A stretch of DNA of 64,000 nt from a virus. Taxonomy: Duplodnaviria > Caudoviricetes. The stretch spans positions 32,001 through 96,000 of the IMG/VR virus record IMGVR_UViG_3300020120_000082; one strand, written 5' to 3'. Both the position numbers and the translations under genes were made by a program. Each line of letters begins with the position of its first letter. Position 1 is the stretch's first letter. Below, in pieces: positions 48,026 through 59,427 of this stretch. The notes beneath the pieces are model-generated. The model did not search any database, was not told where the DNA came from, and saw only the letters and a list, made by a program, of their open reading frames with translations.

Positions 48026-48643
48026 CTAGATCGTTACTTGATGCGTTGTCCATATCTTGATCGCCTTTCTTGCTGACTCGCGGATCTGATTTTTTGTTGG
48101 CTCAATGGTTATCCAGCGCCCAATAACGCAGGACAGCAGGTAGAACCCAACCAGGTGTGGCCAGGGCTTGATGGTGTCCGGTGGTTTGAGAATAGATTTC
48201 AGTTCTCCATAATCTTTGGCCACGGTCAGCAGATGATCTAGTGGTTTATCAGGATCAAGCTCCAAATACTCCATAACATGCTTAGGCAGTTTCTCAGCCG
48301 GTAAGTTGGCATCTCCGTACTTGCGACCGGTGTTAACAATCAGTCCAGATTTGCTCTCGAAAATCTGGAATGTCCACTTCTCAAAGACTTGCTTGTTTTC
48401 TGAGCGACTGAAATCTTCAAGCGGATCCTTGCCATTCTCGTAAACCCATTCGGCATATTCCAGCCAGGCCCTATCTTGCTCCTGATCAGTCGGCAAGCTA
48501 TCCGATAAAGAAAGCTCCCAATTGCCGTCAGCGTCACATTCCCAGATTTCCCCTTCGGACTCGTCGTAAAGAGACTTGTGCCAGGTATGGCAGTCATCAC
48601 AGTAGTACGGGAGTTCAATGTATTCAGATAGTCCCATTCTCAT
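48026..48643 (-). CDS. Hypothetical protein with N-terminal CxxC
   Basis: 205-aa tiling ORF. Confidence 0.65.
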   Translation of the reverse strand: MRMGLSEYIELPYYCDDCHTWHKSLYDESEGEIWECDADGNWELSLSDSLPTDQEQDRAWLEYAEWVYENGKDPLEDFSRSENKQVFEKWTFQIFESKSGLIVNTGRKYGDANLPAEKLPKHVMEYLELDPDKPLDHLLTVAKDYGELKSILKPPDTIKPWPHLVGFYLLSCVIGRWITIEPTKNQIRESARKAIKIWTTHQVTI

Positions 48644-50233
48644 GCCTCGATTTCTCTGCGCTCAACCGGCCTACCATCCGAGAATGCTACGATCTGTCCA
48701 GTCTTTTTGCTGACCAATGCGAACTGGGATGTGGAATAGGGTTGCCAGTGGTACAGTTCGTAAAACCTGGCTGCACCCCGCTTGCCTAGCTCAACAAAGT
48801 AATCTCTGCCCTTGAGTTCGAACAGTTTTCTACCGCCTGCGCTGCCCATAGGCCATCTCGAACATTTTCTGTTGATAACTTCCTTCCCAATACGCATCTA
48901 CATCCTGAACCAAACGCTTTTTACAGATATGACAGTGATACATCTCGTCCTCGTCATAATCCGGATGATCATCATCCCAGGAAAAACAATTACCTCTCCC
49001 GTCCGGACCGTCACCTAGATAGCCATACCACCCGAATGCATCCGCTTCCGTCTTTGGAAAATCGTCGATGCAAAAATCGAGTGGATCAGACTGGCTGGTG
49101 TAAATACGTGGCATTAGTCAGACACCTCCAGGCGCTTGCGGCTAATCATCTGGTCTCTCGTACTGCCTGATAACCATCTCTCCGCCCTTGATCTCATTTT
49201 CCAAGAGCAAATCCATCATAAAAACATCACGGCCTAGACTGGCCAGATCAATATCACAAATCAAATCATTGACCAATTTCTTGAGAAGCTCTGCTAACTC
49301 ATCGTCGTCCACAACGTCGATTTCAATTTCCACACGCAACCTACTCATCTATCCTTCTCCATCCAGATTGTCCATGGCACTCTCAATATCCTTGCGCCAG
49401 GCACTTACATCTTCGATGACTTCCAGCAGCTTATCCAGAGTATCGACCATTGCTGGTGTAGGGCTGGCCCAAAATGCGTTCGAGAGCTTCTCGTACTCCG
49501 CTCTCAATACGGTTTCAGACTCGATTGCCACGGCAATCGTTTCGTGCCCGCTCTCGCTGATGCTGTCTATAATGCTCATGTTCTACCTCCATGGAATTGC
49601 GTATCCAGCGGAATAACTCGCACCTACCAAGAGTTCCTGCACTTCTTTCCCCCGCTCGAATGTTGAGTACTGGCCAATCTCAACGCTATTGTAGAAATTG
49701 CCGTTGTTGTCCCAGATGTCCATCTTCAAGCGATAGCGATGGCCATTATCAGAATATGGGTGCAGGTTATATTCAACGCGAAACCGATCTGCCATTCTTA
49801 CTTACCTCCGCTTCCAGCATGTCGATGATCTCGTCCAGTGGAGCAATGATCCAGGTATTGCGCCAGTTACGTGTGCCCTCGCGAACTTCTTGCGTAAATT
49901 TCTCGTTTTCCTTAGAGAATACGCTGTAACCTGGCCTAGTAAAAGATGCCTTCTTCATTTCCGAATGTTCGCGTATCTGCTTCAACTCATCAAGAATGTG
50001 TTTAGTTCTCACGATTGTCTCTCTCTAAATTCTCCGGGTGAACCGGGATAGTGGACACGTATAGCTGCTGGTTTTCAAAGTCCTCGCCATTTTCAAGCTG
50101 AACCAGATAGCCGGAGATCATCGCCTGTCTCCATCCACCCTTGGGGCTTCGAACATCTCCTAGCCATCGACCATATCCACAAATTGTTCCGCGGATCCTT
50201 CTATTCACTATTACTGGTGTATTCAATGGTAGT

Positions 50234-51154
50234 TTACCGGCTGGGAACGCTTTCATTGTAGTTTTTCATCCTGTCTTCTAGTTCGCGCTCGGCGTCATCT
50301 GTCCCGTAGAATCCGTAGCACGAGTCTTCATTGAGCAGATCGCCATTGAAATCATGCTCCTGAATGACAACGCCATAGACGCTGCCATTCATGTATTCGT
50401 TATATACTTTCACGGCTTGCTTGGCCCATTCGACCATCTTCTCCCGGCGTTTCTTACCAGTCAGGCCATTGGCTTCATCCACCCGCAGCACTTTATCCGG
50501 CACCCATACGGCTGCACCCCAACTCCAGTCGAACATGGCATCGACGCGATAGTCCAATGTGCCGGGAACTTCGTACATCTTGCCGCCATGCTCATAGATG
50601 TTTAGGAATACAGCATCGGGATCCCCAAAATCACCCCAGGCCTTGTGCTGCTCGATAATCTTGTCCCACTTGCCGCGGTAAGGACGCTTGATATTGCTGC
50701 GCTCCGCCTTGGCCTTGGGATCAATCAAGAGATCTGGCCAGTCTTTATAAGTCTGATTGGGCCAGACCCATTCCACCAGTTCTTGCAGGGCATTGTCGAT
50801 ATCAAACTTCTGATCGCCATAACGATCTAGTCCAGCCGCTTCGCGGTAAATATCCTGGATATCATTCCGAACTCGACTACCGCGTTCACCAAACTTTCCG
50901 AACCCGTCGCAGTCGCTGGTGGGATCCAGCGGATCTTCGTCGTTTACCAGATATCCGACACGATAGCCAGTGCTTGTTCTGGCTATCTTGATCCCCCCGC
51001 CATAATACTCACTGGGCTCGTGCGCCAACTCAATTCTGATGGAGTCGCTACTTGGATCACCCGACGCGATGCTTACAAAGTTGTCGATGGTATCCACTTC
51101 CCCCTCAATTTCGACATAGCGACTAACTCGCTTGTGAACTTTAGAGATTTTCAT
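50234..51154 (-). CDS. Conserved phage hypothetical protein
   Basis: 306 aa; YEHGG, YNEYMNGSVYG, EDSCYGFYG. Confidence 0.7.
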   Translation of the reverse strand: MKISKVHKRVSRYVEIEGEVDTIDNFVSIASGDPSSDSIRIELAHEPSEYYGGGIKIARTSTGYRVGYLVNDEDPLDPTSDCDGFGKFGERGSRVRNDIQDIYREAAGLDRYGDQKFDIDNALQELVEWVWPNQTYKDWPDLLIDPKAKAERSNIKRPYRGKWDKIIEQHKAWGDFGDPDAVFLNIYEHGGKMYEVPGTLDYRVDAMFDWSWGAAVWVPDKVLRVDEANGLTGKKRREKMVEWAKQAVKVYNEYMNGSVYGVVIQEHDFNGDLLNEDSCYGFYGTDDAERELEDRMKNYNESVPSR

Positions 51155-51485
51155 TTACATTCTCCGTGAAGAAACTTCTAGACAAGATCCAGGTCAAACG
51201 ATCCGTCATCGTTATTCCAGACTGTCAAAAGATAATCCGCTGGATATTCTTCTTGGGATGAAAACTTGATGCTTTCGACACTAAATCTTCCAGCCGGTAA
51301 ACCGTACATGTCTTGTGCTTCTTGAATCTCTTTGACAAGTTGGATGATCAGGCCCTTGTCGAACCTTACGGGATGTCTTTTGGAATGATCCCAATCTTCA
51401 CTCAGGTATCTGGTGAATTGAACTGTAATGCAATATTCATCTTGCAATCTGCTTGCAATAAAATCGTACTGCTCATCAGAAATTG

Positions 51486-51725
51486 TCATTTGGTCTCCGT
51501 TTCTGGCTTGTACGCATCTTCAATAACCTGCGCAATTTCTTCATCGAATTCAACATCCGCTCTTGGATGTTCCCAATGAGCAGCAAATTCAGGAATGGAG
51601 TCGTCATCGTGATCGATAATCAAAACATCGATCAAGCGACCGGCTCCACGCGCTGTCCATTGCACCACGCCACCGTCGATGTAGATAACAACGGTATTCT
51701 CTGGCAATTCTTTTGCAGTTATCAT
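51486..51725 (-). CDS. Small hypothetical protein (paralog of the next gene)
   Basis: VVIYIDGGVVQ...VLIIDHD. Confidence 0.6.
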   Translation of the reverse strand: MITAKELPENTVVIYIDGGVVQWTARGAGRLIDVLIIDHDDDSIPEFAAHWEHPRADVEFDEEIAQVIEDAYKPETETK

Positions 51726-51950
51726 TTAGTAAGCCTGTTCTCCCCAAACAACCCTGCCCCACTGCACCCCATCTTCTTCGAAATATGTAATCTCGGCGTC
51801 GGGATGAACATCCAGGTCCAAAATCAGTGGCTCAATGCCGTTTGGCGACTGAGTATCCTGAACCACTCCGCCCTTGACTTCGATAATGACAGTCACATTC
51901 GGATCAAATACGTATTCGCTATCGTCGTCTTCGATCTCTTCTGGTTCCAT
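51726..51950 (-). CDS. Small hypothetical protein (paralog of the previous gene)
   Basis: VIIEVKGGVVQ...PLILDLD. Confidence 0.6.
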   Translation of the reverse strand: MEPEEIEDDDSEYVFDPNVTVIIEVKGGVVQDTQSPNGIEPLILDLDVHPDAEITYFEEDGVQWGRVVWGEQAY

Positions 51951-53538
51951 TTTCTATTCTTCCTCGGTCTCTTTCAGAATTTGGATCAAGTAATCGGGGT
52001 GAATTTCCTCGATCACTGCTTCTAATTCCACGATGTAAAACCTTTCGTCTTCGCCCTCGAAAACAACTCGGCCAAACACGTTGCTGCCGAATAGTTCTGG
52101 AGAGTCCATCAATCCACCAGCCCATTCCATAAGCCTGTCTGTGTTGGTAATAATCAGACGGTCACCCGCTGTCAAAAAACCGTGATCAATCCAGCGCTTG
52201 ATCTTCATTCATGGTCCTCGAAATCATCCTCATCTTCCTGGTTGTACACAAACACCCAGGCCATTACATATGCGCCATATTCTGCGCCCTTGGAAACCAT
52301 GGCGTTATCGTCAATTTCGACATGGCCGTAGTCCATAATTTCATCTCTGGCTCTATTCACATACAGCAAATCATCCTGGTCAGCGTACTCAGACTCGACC
52401 TGGATGGCAAACTCAATGTCTTCGCGAACCTTCGGCGGTAGATAGGCATTGGGTAGCTGCTCAGCCATCCACCGAATCGTTTCTCGGTTCAGATGTGTCC
52501 AGATCACGCATTCCTGGCGATCTTTGATCTTCACATCAAATGGCATCTTCTTCCTCCACCCCCGTACCATCGTCGCGTAGTTGGAAGAACTCCGGTTGAC
52601 TGCCCGCAGCGTACAACGCATTAGCCATTTCCTTGCCGGTCAGAATTTCATCTTTGCTAATGTCCCAGGTTCCAACATACCCACCCTCCATACACTCTCG
52701 CCAAATATCATCCAGATCTGCTCCAAAATAAAACTGCTCTTCTGTCAAAACGGTCATAGTGATTGTATAACGGTGAAGCTCAGCCATTGACTTCACTCTC
52801 TTTCTTGATCTGCTCTACCAGGAACGTTTCCAGCCTGCCCCGGATTCCATTCTCTCGGCCTGGATCTAGCCACCAGAAAGATGACGGAACTAATAAGCTA
52901 TGTAAATCTTCCAAAAATTCACACAGCAAAGCAATCTGGGACTCCTCGTTCCAACCCGCATTCCAAGCAGCATCTCGAATGATATCTTCTACCCATTGCA
53001 CATCAGAAGAACGATCGTTCATTTGTCATCTCCGTTATTCGCGACCACTTCCGGATCGACATCTTCTTCGGTCTCTTCTTCTTCCGACTCTTCTTCCTCG
53101 TCAATCTCATCCTGGATTTCATTCCAGGCTTCGCGCAATGCTTCTTCAACTGCTTCCCTGACAACAGCCTGCAACACACCATGGGCTGTGCCATCTGTCT
53201 CAAAATCTGGGACAGTAGTAGCCAGCCAATAGTTATCGACTGCCAGTTGCATCAGATCGCTGACATAGTTCGGAACAGATGAGTCGGCAATCTCGGAAAT
53301 CTGATCACCAGGTGCATAACCTGGATTATCTTTGGCCCACTCCTTGAGTTCAGCAATGGCGTCTTCGACAATGGTGTACATCTCGCCACTGTAGCTGGTC
53401 ATTCCGCGGCCCATCCTTTCACTATGAACATGTCGTATCCCTGTTCGATCAGTGCAACCAGAATGCGCTCGACCAGCTTGGCATCTTCAACTTCCAGCGT
53501 GATCTTGCGATTGTTCGCATTGCTCGCAGTAATGTAGA

Positions 53539-53826
53539 TCATTTCTTTTCCTCCAGATGGTGCCGCTTGAGCATGGCGGATACTTTCTTTTCAAACTCAT
53601 CCTGTTTCAACCGTCCGAATTTGTTGCCACCATCTATATAATTCAAATGCTTGCCGGTAGTAGTGGACCAATGGTTTTCGCTAACCACCAGCCCATCATG
53701 GAAATCTTGATAGGCAATCAGCGTTTTGTAGCTGAAGAATAGGGAGAGATCTCCAATGCCAACCTCGACTGCGTTATTGGTTGCACCGAATTGATCGACA
53801 AAGACCTTGCCTGCGCCACTTGTCAT
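53539..53826 (-). CDS. Conserved phage hypothetical protein
   Basis: FFSYKT.IAY...N.WS.TTGKHLN.ID. Confidence 0.7.
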   Translation of the reverse strand: MTSGAGKVFVDQFGATNNAVEVGIGDLSLFFSYKTLIAYQDFHDGLVVSENHWSTTTGKHLNYIDGGNKFGRLKQDEFEKKVSAMLKRHHLEEKK

Positions 53827-54318
53827 TTATTTTCTCCATGTTCGACCATGTCCGAAAATGGACCTTCAGACATCTCAATTAATCCAACTAATCTGTAACT
53901 GTCTTGCCATTGCATGTGACAGTTGTTGCAATCAACTACGCACCAAACGTAATCACCATCTGCATCCATTGTTCCCCCTTCAATCTCCCTTGAGCCACAA
54001 TAGGGACAGATTGTTCCGCCTTGACGAACATAATCCTTGATTTGTTCACCGGATAGAGTCATGGTCTGGCATACTCGCTTTCTTCAAAGAAGATGGTGAC
54101 TTCAAACAAAAGGTGATCCCATTCTTTAGGATCTCCAAAGAGATTGATGTCACTGGAGATGGCGATCATGCCTTTGGTTTCTTCTGGGTATCGCCCAGCA
54201 ATCTCCTCCTCAGCCAGATCTGAAAGCTTTTCGTTCAGACTGTCGTTGTTAAGCCTCCAGTCCATAGCGTCTCGAAACAGGAAAATAGCAACGGATTTGA
54301 ATCTTCGCGGTTCCATGT

Positions 54319-55041
54319 TTATTTCTTGCTGGCATTCCGAATAGCATTGAGCAGAGCCAGTGTATTAAGGCCCTTGCTCAAACCCTGCATCTCTAGATGC
54401 TCGAAGTTGGGATGATCCAGGATTGGAGCAGCGATGTTCCCATCTCCAAATCCATCCTTCAATGCCCCGGCAAATGCAGCAATCATGCTCAAATCATCTC
54501 CATGCGTTGCCGCCAGGGCCTGGATATCGCGATCTTCCCAGTAATCCCCTTCGTCAGAAACGTGCTCGATCAAGCCATGATCGTCGAACCAATCCAGCAT
54601 GGCCACTACCATCAGGTGGCACTTGACGAATTCATTGGCATAGGTGGTTTTGCAGAACGACGACCAGCGCCAGCCAGATAGCCGAGTCTTGATGCGCTGA
54701 CCATTGAATTCAGTCGTCGCCGGGTAGGAACACAAACCGAAGTTGGCCTCTTCGCACCCCTCGCCTGGCCACATGCGAAACAGATAGGCTTCTTTGGGAT
54801 AAACGGGAATGGACGATCTATCGCCAATATCGATGTATTCACCAGACTGAATTACTGACCAACGCCAGTCTGAATTGACATCATCTTGGTGTTGCTTAAT
54901 TTGTTTCCCGGTGAAGTGCTTGACCTGGGAAAGTTCCTTTGGCTTGATCTGCTGAGCAGCAAACTGCTGCGCTGCCAGCATCAGGGCCAGCTTGTCATCC
55001 GTCTTGCTCGCTTTCAAACTGTAGTGAATTGTGAGTCCCAT
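54319..55041 (-). CDS. Conserved hypothetical protein
   Basis: AAGGAG RBS, MGLTIHY, PGEGCE, SFCKT.YA..F.KCHL, VSDEGDYW. Confidence 0.7.
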   Translation of the reverse strand: MGLTIHYSLKASKTDDKLALMLAAQQFAAQQIKPKELSQVKHFTGKQIKQHQDDVNSDWRWSVIQSGEYIDIGDRSSIPVYPKEAYLFRMWPGEGCEEANFGLCSYPATTEFNGQRIKTRLSGWRWSSFCKTTYANEFVKCHLMVVAMLDWFDDHGLIEHVSDEGDYWEDRDIQALAATHGDDLSMIAAFAGALKDGFGDGNIAAPILDHPNFEHLEMQGLSKGLNTLALLNAIRNASKK

Positions 55042-55051
55042 GGTTTTCTCC

Positions 55052-55717
55052 TTAGCTCGACCAATGTAGATAAAAGATAGTTGGATCCGGTTGCGCCAGA
55101 ACGTACTCAATGGTTTCTTGCGCGATTTCCAATGCCTGGTGATAGAACTCCCATTGATTATCGGTCTTGAAAACGACATACGAACACGGCTGTTTGCCAA
55201 GAATGCGGGTATAGCCGGGAATCACTGCCACTACTGGGATCGTATCCAGGAAGAAGTCGCCAATATGGTTGCCATAGCTGTTTCCAAAGGGCGGCGCTTC
55301 TTCTTTCCTGGCAAGCTCTTCTGCGAAAGCCTGAAGAGCCTGTTCGTCCGAATTTATTTGCGGTTCAGAGAACATATTGAACGACACGGTCATGACGTCG
55401 TATTTTGAAATCGGCTGCTTCAGGTAATTGTCAAGCTGCTCGATGGCATCCTTGGCATTCTCCAGACACACCGACCAATCAGGACAAACCTCATACTCAT
55501 CGCCAGGCTGGACAATGTCGTATAGATTTGGCAAGCGTGCCCGATCCAAGACGCTATTGATCCCGCCATCGTTGTAGGATGATCGCCAATAGCCAATCTT
55601 AAATAGGTGTTGGGGGTACTTGACACTATCGATCTCGATTTTATTCTTCCCCCAGTCTTCCCGGTTATCGCTGTCGTAGCCATCTGGCCCATTGAAAAGA
55701 GTGACATCCAGTCCCAT
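55052..55717 (-). CDS. Conserved phage hypothetical protein
   Basis: MGLD..., GYWRSSYN, YLHWSS; AGGAG RBS. Confidence 0.7.
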   Translation of the reverse strand: MGLDVTLFNGPDGYDSDNREDWGKNKIEIDSVKYPQHLFKIGYWRSSYNDGGINSVLDRARLPNLYDIVQPGDEYEVCPDWSVCLENAKDAIEQLDNYLKQPISKYDVMTVSFNMFSEPQINSDEQALQAFAEELARKEEAPPFGNSYGNHIGDFFLDTIPVVAVIPGYTRILGKQPCSYVVFKTDNQWEFYHQALEIAQETIEYVLAQPDPTIFYLHWSS

Positions 55718-55726
55718 GATTTGCTC

Positions 55727-56407
55727 CTAGATATGCAGATCGCAAACAACAGCCATGCAATTGGCGTACTCATTCAGAATGGAAATGGCTGTGTCTTTCC
55801 AATCATCTTTCTCGCCATGCGCAAATCCAAACCAACCCATGCTGCCCTTCTCAAGCCACTGCCCTTCCGGCGTGACAATGGCGAATGGAATGTTGTCCAG
55901 GAATTCATTGGCCAAACGCTGCCGCGGAGAAATATCGCCCCAACGACCACCCATGACCCACCAGTCCCACTTGGAGTTCGGGTTGTATGTGGAACGATAG
56001 GTGCCGGTGCCATGACACTCACTGCAATCTGGATCGGGCTGATCTTTCAGCGGGTTCTGGCTGATAAGCTCTTCGATACGCTGGCTGCGCGGGCCACCAA
56101 ATTCTTTCTCCCAGATCTTGTCTAGCTCATCGCGATGCGCCCAGAATGCATCTGAGCCAACTTCCATGCCTTCTGGCAGGGGATGATCGGCATGGAACTG
56201 ATTGCGAATATCGTTGATATTTCCCATTTCCCGTGTGACCTGTTCCATGGCTTCCGCGCTGGCAATCTGCCCAATGCAATAACACTTGCGATCGTATTCG
56301 GGAACTTCCAGGTGTTCGCTATATGGAGCCAGCAACGGCTCAATGTCGTCTTCGGTAATCCGGCCAGACTCTTTATCGACAATGACCAGCGTGTAAAAGT
56401 GTGACAT
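55727..56407 (-). CDS. Conserved phage hypothetical protein
   Basis: MSHF..LV, YNPNSKWDWW..GGRW, FAIVTPEG.W.EKG.MGWFG, VCDLHI. Confidence 0.75.
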   Translation of the reverse strand: MSHFYTLVIVDKESGRITEDDIEPLLAPYSEHLEVPEYDRKCYCIGQIASAEAMEQVTREMGNINDIRNQFHADHPLPEGMEVGSDAFWAHRDELDKIWEKEFGGPRSQRIEELISQNPLKDQPDPDCSECHGTGTYRSTYNPNSKWDWWVMGGRWGDISPRQRLANEFLDNIPFAIVTPEGQWLEKGSMGWFGFAHGEKDDWKDTAISILNEYANCMAVVCDLHI

Positions 56408-56528
56408 GTTTTATCCTAATGAATAAGAACCGGGATCCACAACCGAAACGCTGCTTCCATAGAAGCAGTGGCTGCGCCTGCCAGCATAATCAAAACAAAA
56501 ACTTGGAATAGCGTAAATTGTTTCTTGT

Positions 56529-56795
56529 TCACTCCATCTCCGTGTCTTTGCAAACCAGGATGTTGCCGACCAGGAAGTCTCCTGGCAGATAGCGTGAGAA
56601 TTCAGCCGTCGCGTTCGCGTTGTATGGCAAGCCATTCAACTTGCCTTCTTCATTGCAAACAATGAGTCGGCCAGGGATGTACACAACCTCGATATAGCCT
56701 CCAACGATCTTGGAAAGCTGCTCTAGCTCAAACGTCTTGCCGTTCTCGGGCTGCACTTCTTCGGTGGAACCATCGGGGTGATAAATCGTAGCCAT
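56529..56795 (-). CDS. DUF3846-like protein
   Basis: LEQL..IVGGYIEVV...CNEEGKL.GLPYN..AT...LVGN. Confidence 0.75.
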   Translation of the reverse strand: MATIYHPDGSTEEVQPENGKTFELEQLSKIVGGYIEVVYIPGRLIVCNEEGKLNGLPYNANATAEFSRYLPGDFLVGNILVCKDTEME

Positions 56796-58428
56796 GCGCC
56801 TAATCTCCTGTGTGTAAATCGCGAAAAACAAGTTAAGTGTTCAAATCTGAACGACTTCACATAAAATAGTTCCGAGTTGTCTAGCGAGTTTTTATCTCCC
56901 GAAAATGATGCAGAAAATGCCGTGTTTTATAATTACATAAACAACAGAATCAAGCCATGCGGGCTCAGGATTTTCCGCGGATCAAAAACTGTACTAAGCC
57001 ACGCTTGTTTAACCTGGGCCATCGTAGGGGCATTTTTAGGGATGATCCAGTTGGGCCTCTGTAAAAACAACCTTGGGATTTTTTCTACCAACCAGGCGTG
57101 ACCAGATAGAAGACGGTGCTGGAACATCTCCGTTCTGCATCCAGAGCAGGGCGTCTTCGGCTGCGCCGTGACAGTCGCCATCTGAACGATCGGTTTTGTC
57201 TGGCCACCAATGATCGATCTGATCCAGGGTGTATTCCCACTTGAGAGTCTGGATCTGGGCGGTAATCATCTCCCAGTTGTCTTCGCCCAGGTGGGTGAAG
57301 TGCGGCACCTGCTTTTTCAACTTCTCAAGCGCCAGGTACTCTGCCTGGATCTCTTTCTTTGGCTTGGAGCGGGTGATGAGTTCCTGCTTCTTGGATTTCT
57401 TTTTCATATGACTTACTTATCCAGTTCGATGTGCCAATTGTTGTCCGTAGTGATCCACAGCCCTGAATTAGTCTCAACATAGCAGCCGCCAAACGTTTTG
57501 AATTGAAAATGTCGCGACGGATTAAGCGTTGCCAATTCATGGCATTGCGCTTCGTTGAATCTCAGAATGATGTATCCAGCACCAGCAGTCAATCCCCCGG
57601 ACAAAACAATAACCAGGAGAATAGTGATAATCAGTTCCTTGTTCCGTCTCAAAATTTTCATAACCCCATCTCCCCGTCATCAATGACGTGCTGCATAGCA
57701 TTCTCGAAATTGTTCAGGTCTCGCCGCATGGATTGGATCAGGTTCACAATGTTCATGATGGTCTCTTCGCCATCACCATCCACAAAGCAGCTATCACAGC
57801 CAACTTCAAGCTCTGCCATCATGCCGTCGACGCGGTTGGGATCCCCGGCACGCATCCAGACGTTTTCCATGAAGTTCTGGAATTGCTCTATATCCATCTC
57901 AACTCCCTATCTGCAATTCAACTTGATCGCCATTCACAACTGCGCCTTCAAGAAACAGATCGTCCAGCCCATGCCCCCAAACGCCATACTTTTCCGGATG
58001 CTCATAGATAGTTTGGTAGCCATCCAGAATGCACATGAACAGACTCAGGCGGGTAAACCCAGACGGATTTCTGTACGGAAATTCGGCATCGATGTCTAGT
58101 GGATAGTCGTAGTGAATGACGATCTTGGGATAGTTAATAACCAGATCATTGGGATAAGCCAAATCATCTGGATCATCCAGGACGAGCATGGTTGTCTTGT
58201 CGATCCGATCCTGGAATTGAATGCTCTTGCTCATTTCAATCTCTTTCTCATAATAGCAATCTCATATATGTCGGCAGCAAGGCATAAAGCGAAACCGATT
58301 GCGAAGAAAAACGCAGCGGTATGATCAAAGTCGGTTCGCAATAACCACTTAATAAACAGCGCCAAAGCTATAGCGATGACGGTTCTCATTTTGTCAGCCC
58401 CAAAAGATATTTCATTTATGTCTCCCTG

Positions 58429-58444
58429 ATTCCAGATCTGGAAT
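58429..58444. repeat. 16-bp palindrome copy 6 (intergenic)
   Basis: Exact match just after the stop of 58448..58963. Confidence 0.95.
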
Positions 58445-58447
58445 TTT

Positions 58448-58963
58448 CTAATTCTCGTCGCCTTCATCCAGGACCAGTTCGTTGTACAGTTTCTGGCCCA
58501 GAAGATTTCTGAACTGCTTGGCCTGATCGCCCAGTGTTCGATACTGCGTCTCCGCGGATCGGCTGTCACTGTCATAGCCCATATCCCTGGCCCAATCTTC
58601 GAAACTGCCAGCCGAAATGTAGCTATTGGAGTCGCTTGCCAGACATTCCAGGATGTCTTCAATTCCAGGAGCCAGAATTGCATATTTACGTTGAGCTTCG
58701 GTAAACTGCCACTGAAGACGAGCATTGTCGGGAACAACCATTTTGCGTTGACTATCCCAGTGATAACCCTGGGCTCGTTCGCCAGTCTTGATGTTCTTAA
58801 TCCAACCAATGCCAGTTGAGAACTGGAATCGCATGACTTCTGTCCCATGCATCAACGTGACGTTGTAATGAATTCCTTCACCTGTCCAGTCAGAGCGAAA
58901 TCCGGTTCGTTCCAACTCCATCTTGATGCCATTCTTCTCGGTCCACTCAACCAGAGTTGTCAT
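58448..58963 (-). CDS. Conserved phage hypothetical protein
   Basis: F.TG.GW, DILECLASD, FEDWARDMGYDSDSRSA. Confidence 0.7.
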   Translation of the reverse strand: MTTLVEWTEKNGIKMELERTGFRSDWTGEGIHYNVTLMHGTEVMRFQFSTGIGWIKNIKTGERAQGYHWDSQRKMVVPDNARLQWQFTEAQRKYAILAPGIEDILECLASDSNSYISAGSFEDWARDMGYDSDSRSAETQYRTLGDQAKQFRNLLGQKLYNELVLDEGDEN

Positions 58964-59427
58964 TCCATCTCCTGTTCAAACTCGACGTCCAGTAGCTCGG
59001 CCATGTCATGACGAAACAATTCTTGCAGCTTAGACAGGCGCTCGATCAGATACGCCTTGACATCCGCATTGGTTTCCAGCGTCTGATATTCGTCATCTTC
59101 CAGCGCACCCCAGACGGCGGTGCTTCTGAAGTATTCGATCTGGCCATTCTCCAGGTGATACATGCTGTTAGCCAGGTAATGCATCGGTCCGCTGGCGCTG
59201 CACAGATGCCAGCGCACATACTTCTTGAGCATCGGGAATTCTTCTTCAATCAGTTCCGAATTGGATCCGCCTGACACAAACAAGCCCGCCCTGGAATACT
59301 CGGTATAGGTGATCGAGAAGTACGGCTCCTGGTTGTGAAACTCTTGCATCTGGGCAATGACAATAAGCTCATGCCCATACGCAATCGGCTTCCTAAAAAC
59401 TTGGCTCTTCGTCATCGCCTTCTCCAT
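58960..59427 (-). CDS. Conserved phage hypothetical protein
   Basis: YFSIT, FP.L...RWHLC...GPMHY.AN..YH. Confidence 0.7.
   Translation of the reverse strand: MEKAMTKSQVFRKPIAYGHELIVIAQMQEFHNQEPYFSITYTEYSRAGLFVSGGSNSELIEEEFPMLKKYVRWHLCSASGPMHYLANSMYHLENGQIEYFRSTAVWGALEDDEYQTLETNADVKAYLIERLSKLQELFRHDMAELLDVEFEQEME

Noticed and set aside
14905-58444. CRISPR array from the repeated 16-mer
   Set aside because: Copies are 5-14 kb apart with no repeat-spacer periodicity and no cas genes.
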